This document shows, in pieces, positions 55,992 to 59,521 of a stretch of 59,521 nt of DNA (its first letter is position 1; every line of letters starts with the position of its first letter). The DNA is from Burkholderiales bacterium (GTDB lineage Bacteria > Pseudomonadota > Gammaproteobacteria > Burkholderiales > JBEEJL01), in contig JBAVXA010000037.1 of the NCBI GenBank assembly GCA_049698095.1, positions 1-59,521 of the forward strand. Direction: 5' to 3'. A program made the position numbers and the translations under genes. The notes below the pieces were generated by a model. It searched no databases. It saw only the letters and a list, made by a program, of their open reading frames with translations, and had not been told where the DNA came from.

Positions 55992-56118
55992 TGGTTGCGT
56001 CCCTGTTATTAATTGGAGCGTTAACGCATTATTCGAATGCCATTCCGGCGCACGGTATCGGCCGGCAAAAAACCACTTTCAGGTCTCGAACGGTAAAATT
56101 GGTTATTGCGGATAGCAC

Positions 56119-57342
56119 TTATTCGTGCCGCAACGCCTCCACCGGGCGCAACGCCGCGCCGCGCCATGCCGGATAGAATCCGAAAAATACGCCGGTTCCG
56201 GCTGCGACGCCGAATGCCATGAGCATCGCCGATGCGCTAAGCTGGACTTCCATTTTCAGCATGTATGCGACTAGATATGCACCGAGCGCCCCGAACGCCA
56301 CGCCGAGCAGGCCGCCAATAACGCATATCATCAAGGCTTCGAGCAAAAATTGCAGCAGAATGTCGCGCTTGCGCGCGCCGATGGCGAGCCGGATACCGAT
56401 TTCGCGGGTGCGCTCGGTGACCGAAACCAGCATGATATTCATGATGCCGATGCCGCCGACCAAAAGCGAAATGGAGCCGATTGCGCCGAGCATCAGCGAC
56501 AGGGCACGGGCAGTGCCGCTGGCGGCTTCGGCGACGGCGGTGAGGTTACGCACGCTGAAGTCATCGTCTGCGCCGGGCTGGATGCGGTGGCGCTGCCGCA
56601 GCAACTGATTAATGTCGGCCTCCGCTTCGCTCATTTTTTCGGCGGATTGCGCCTGTATCGAAATAAAGCGCACCGTGCCGGGAAATCGGTTACCGAATAA
56701 TTTGTTCTGTGCCGTGGTAATCGGCACCAGAATGGTGTCGTCCTGATCGCGACCGTCAAGGCTCTGGCCTTTACCGGCCAATACACCGACGACGGTGAAC
56801 GGGCTGCCTTTAATGCGTATGGTCTTGCCTACGGCCGATTCGTCACCGAACAGATTCGTCACCACCGTACTGCCAAGCACGGCAACCCTGCTTTGCGAGC
56901 GTACATCGGCATCGTTGAAAATTTCTCCCTGATCCACATCCCAATCGCGCACGGCGAAGTACTCCGGCGTGGCGCCGAGCACCTGGGTTCCCCAGTTATT
57001 CACTCCGTATGCCGCCTGCGCATTGCCGGGGAAACTTGGCGCGACCAGTTTCACCGAAGGCAATTTTGCCATCGCTTCGCCGTCGGCCAGAGTCAGCGTG
57101 GGCGCCGAGCCGCCGCCCATACGCAAGCCGCCTGCCGAAGTGCTGCCGGATAAAACGATCAGCAGGTTGCTGCCCATCGAAGCGACCGAACGGTTGACGC
57201 TCGACTGCGCACCCTGCCCCACGGCAAGCATCAGCACCACGGCGAGCACACCGATAATCATGCCCAGCATGGTCAGCGCCGTGCGCAGGCGGTTGATACC
57301 AAGGGCGCGGAAAGCTTCGGCGAACGTGGCGAAAAAATTCAT
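56119..57342 (-). CDS. MacB-type ABC permease (FtsX domain with periplasmic MacB_PCD)
   Basis: 407 aa. N-terminal TM, large periplasmic domain, then three TMs with TERTREIGIRLAIGARKRDIL. Confidence 0.9.
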   Translation of the reverse strand: MNFFATFAEAFRALGINRLRTALTMLGMIIGVLAVVLMLAVGQGAQSSVNRSVASMGSNLLIVLSGSTSAGGLRMGGGSAPTLTLADGEAMAKLPSVKLVAPSFPGNAQAAYGVNNWGTQVLGATPEYFAVRDWDVDQGEIFNDADVRSQSRVAVLGSTVVTNLFGDESAVGKTIRIKGSPFTVVGVLAGKGQSLDGRDQDDTILVPITTAQNKLFGNRFPGTVRFISIQAQSAEKMSEAEADINQLLRQRHRIQPGADDDFSVRNLTAVAEAASGTARALSLMLGAIGSISLLVGGIGIMNIMLVSVTERTREIGIRLAIGARKRDILLQFLLEALMICVIGGLLGVAFGALGAYLVAYMLKMEVQLSASAMLMAFGVAAGTGVFFGFYPAWRGAALRPVEALRHE

Positions 57343-58070
57343 ACCGTTGCTTCTGCCTGCTTAATGTCGACACCGCCGTCGTGTATCACGCGGCCGTCCT
57401 TGAAGCGAATCAGGCGCTTTGCGTAGGCGGCGACGTCCGGCTCGTGCGTAACCAATACGATGGTCATCCCGGCATCGCGATTTAGCTGGGTAAACAGGTC
57501 CATGATATCGGCGCTGGTTTTGGTATCGAGGTTGCCGGTCGGTTCGTCGGCGAGAATCAATTCGGGATTATTGGTCAGCGCCCGCGCGATAGCCACCCTT
57601 TGCTGTTGTCCGCCGGACAATCGATTCGGCAGCGAGTCGATATATTTTTCCAGGCCGGTTTTTTTCAGTGCCTCGGAGGCGCGCTTTCTCCGCTCTGCCC
57701 GCGCCACGCCGGCATACATCAGCGGCAGCGCCACATTATCGACGGCGCTGATTCTTTTCAACAGGTTAAATCCCTGAAAAACAAAACCGAAAAATTTATT
57801 CCGAATCTGCGCTAATTCGTCGTTGCTCAGACGCGCCACGTTTCGCCCGTTAAGATAATAATTTCCCGCCGTCGGCGTATCGAGGCAGCCGAGAATATTC
57901 ATGAAAGTCGATTTACCCGAGCCGGACGGCCCCATGATGGCGACGAATTCGCCGCGCCGGATTTCCAGTGTCACATCGCGCAAGGCAGGCGGTGTGTCCG
58001 GCGCAGCGCTTTCATACTGCTTGGTCAGTCCTTCGACGCGGATCAGCGGCGCAGCAGCGGTTTCCATCAC
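57339..58070 (-). CDS. ABC transporter ATP-binding protein (MacB/LolD type)
   Basis: Walker [24 protein letters not shown], Walker [13 protein letters not shown]. 4-nt overlaps with both neighbours. Confidence 0.95.
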   Translation of the reverse strand: MMETAAAPLIRVEGLTKQYESAAPDTPPALRDVTLEIRRGEFVAIMGPSGSGKSTFMNILGCLDTPTAGNYYLNGRNVARLSNDELAQIRNKFFGFVFQGFNLLKRISAVDNVALPLMYAGVARAERRKRASEALKKTGLEKYIDSLPNRLSGGQQQRVAIARALTNNPELILADEPTGNLDTKTSADIMDLFTQLNRDAGMTIVLVTHEPDVAAYAKRLIRFKDGRVIHDGGVDIKQAEATV

Positions 58071-59221
58071 ATGGCACGCAGGCGAAAGCCGTTGGTCTTG
58101 TCGTCGGTTGTGGTCATTTCGCGCGTCACCAGCTTATCGCCCTCCTTGATGTCGCCCTCGACGATCTCGGTGAAGGTGTTGTCGTTGATGCCGGTTTTGA
58201 TGGTTACTGCCTGCAATTGGCCGTTCACCAGCTTGTAAACTTTGGCGCCCGGTTCGCGCTTGCCTGGAGTCTTGGCATCTGCGGTGACGTCTTTGGGCTT
58301 GAACCGCAACGCCGCGTTCGGCACGCGCAGCACATTGTCGCGCTGGTTGGCGGTGACGGATACCCGCGCCGTCATGCCGGGCATCAGTGTCCCTTCCGAA
58401 TTGTCCGCGGCGACCACGACGTTATAGCTGACCACGTTTTGCTGAATGCTCGGGTTGAGCCGAATTTGTTTGACCGCGCCCTTGAACATGCGATCGGCGA
58501 AAGCATCGACACTGAAGCGCACCGGCAGGCCGACCTTGACCGCGCCGATATCGGCTTCCGCAAGGCTGGTATCGATCTGCATGTCCTTCAGGTCCTGCGC
58601 GATCTGGAAAATCGTCGGCGTTTGAAAGCTTGCCGCGACGGTGGTGCCGACATCGACATTGCGCGCGATCACGACGCCCGAGATGGGCGAGCGGATCACG
58701 GTATAGCGCAAATTGGTCTTGTCCTTGTCCAATTGGGCACGCGCGACGTTGACCTGCGCGCGTGCGGCGTCGAGGGTTTGCACCGCCTGGTCGAGTTCCT
58801 GCGGCGCAATGAATCCTTTGGCGACGAGATCGCGCGAACGTGCTTCCTTGGTTTGTGCAAGCTTGAGCGACGCAAGAGCGCTGTTGAGATTCGCTTCCGA
58901 TTGCTTGACTTGGGCGTTGAACAGCGAGGGGTCGAGTTCGGCCAGCACCTGGCCCGCGGTTACCGGTGAATTGAAGTCTGCGTGAATCTTGAGAACGGTC
59001 CCCGAGACCTGGGTGCCGACGTTGACAAGCACCACCGGATTCAGCGTGCCATTTGCGGTAAGGACCTGCACCACTTTGCCGCGATCGACGGTCTGCGTCT
59101 GGTATTTATCCTGGGCAGCGACGGGATTGCGCTTGGTCCAGAAATAATAACCGCCGCCAAGCAGCAGTATTAACAACGCCCACACAATATAGGTGGGTTT
59201 CAAGCTGCCGGTTAACGCCAT
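58067..59221 (-). CDS. Periplasmic adaptor (MacA/HlyD family) subunit
   Basis: N-terminal anchor, lipoyl halves (VGTQVSGTVLKIHADFNSPV / IRSPISGVVIARNV), and a coiled-coil hairpin. Confidence 0.9.
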   Translation of the reverse strand: MALTGSLKPTYIVWALLILLLGGGYYFWTKRNPVAAQDKYQTQTVDRGKVVQVLTANGTLNPVVLVNVGTQVSGTVLKIHADFNSPVTAGQVLAELDPSLFNAQVKQSEANLNSALASLKLAQTKEARSRDLVAKGFIAPQELDQAVQTLDAARAQVNVARAQLDKDKTNLRYTVIRSPISGVVIARNVDVGTTVAASFQTPTIFQIAQDLKDMQIDTSLAEADIGAVKVGLPVRFSVDAFADRMFKGAVKQIRLNPSIQQNVVSYNVVVAADNSEGTLMPGMTARVSVTANQRDNVLRVPNAALRFKPKDVTADAKTPGKREPGAKVYKLVNGQLQAVTIKTGINDNTFTEIVEGDIKEGDKLVTREMTTTDDKTNGFRLRAM

Positions 59222-59270
59222 GGAGCCTCACACAGTAATTATTCTGCACCCCATGCAAGCCAATTAATTC

Positions 59271-59289
59271 AATATAATCAAATAGTTAT
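59271..59289 (-). repeat. AT-rich 19-mer repeat, exact copy 3 (reverse orientation)
   Basis: AATATAATCAAATAGTTAT is the reverse complement of ATAACTATTTGATTATATT. It lies 49 nt upstream of the adaptor-gene ATG (59221) and in the same orientation as that gene. Confidence 0.8.
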
Positions 59290-59521
59290 ATCGGCACACG
59301 TATGTGCAGGGTGCGCGTTTTTGCTTCTTGTTTGATGGGGGAAGATTGTGCGAGTTCAACCTTTCGGTCGTTTCGAAAAAAATTAATCAATCTGTCGATG
59401 CGTCAGATCAAAATCACCGCACGCGCTTTTGTGAACGAATAGTTTTATACACCGTCATTCCGAGCCACGCGCGACGCATCCAGCCCAACAACATCTTTGG
59501 CCGCCATACCAAGGCGGCGGC

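Noticed and set aside
57968-58969. 333-aa plus-strand ORF
   Set aside because: It overlaps the well-supported minus-strand ABC ATPase and adaptor genes. The translation is Arg/Ala/Gly-rich with no motif, so it is a typical GC-rich shadow ORF.
59415-59521. Open minus-strand frame running in from the right window edge (...AAALVWRPKMLLGWMRRAWLGMTVYKTIRSQKRVR*)
   Set aside because: Only about 35 codons are visible and no motif is recognisable, so it cannot be told apart from a chance open frame.
1-59521. Search for tRNA or rRNA genes, CRISPR arrays, integrase or att sites, toxin-antitoxin pairs and defence systems
   Set aside because: I saw no T-loop or anticodon-arm-like conserved tRNA segments and no regularly spaced direct repeats. 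There is no integrase or recombinase ORF apart from the IS transposase. This is a by-eye negative and should be confirmed with tRNAscan-SE, Infernal and CRISPR finders.

Overview
A 59.5 kb bacterial chromosome segment. Gene order and protein motifs look proteobacterial, probably betaproteobacterial, but I cannot verify this without a database search. All calls come from reading the ORF translations and the DNA by eye.

Positions 1 to about 21100 are a conserved housekeeping block with strongly E. coli-like synteny. It runs uvrB (5' truncated), an LMW tyrosine phosphatase, marC-family, rne divergent from rluC, HAD hydrolase, Rieske protein and sppA. It continues with a methyltransferase plus maf divergent from yceD-rpmF-plsX-fabH-fabD-fabG-acpP-fabF-mltG-tmk-holB-tatD. 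rpmF (59 aa) is missing from the ORF track.

From about 21200 to the end the content is accessory-like:
- Stress and redox genes: GST, VOC, two USPs, TrxC, OsmC and a PNPOx-family protein.
- Regulators: a PAS histidine kinase with a NarL-type regulator, and a stand-alone receiver next to an FNR/ANR-type regulator.
- One intact IS1595-family element with 8-bp target duplications.
- c-type cytochromes and a SulP permease.
- Two MacAB-like tripartite ABC systems.
- A K+ channel, an FNT channel and a CBS protein.
- A class II (B12) ribonucleotide reductase.
- Phosphoribosyltransferase and dienelactone-hydrolase-type genes.
- A very Met-rich lipoprotein.
- Two tandem P-type ATPases.

The main finding is eight FNR-type boxes (TTGAT-N4-[A/G]TCAA, four of them perfect) in intergenic DNA between 24 and 51 kb. 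Each has a -10-like hexamer at class II spacing, and the cognate-looking fnr gene lies in the same region. The gene set they front resembles the mycobacterial DosR hypoxia/dormancy toolkit.

Other items:
- An exact 19-mer AT-rich repeat present three times, plus one near-copy.
- An IS insertion that separates a lipoprotein gene from a putative FNR promoter.
- A membrane-protein gene interrupted by an in-frame TGA.
- An unannotated 57-aa membrane ORF coupled to trxC.

I saw no rRNA or tRNA genes and no CRISPR arrays.
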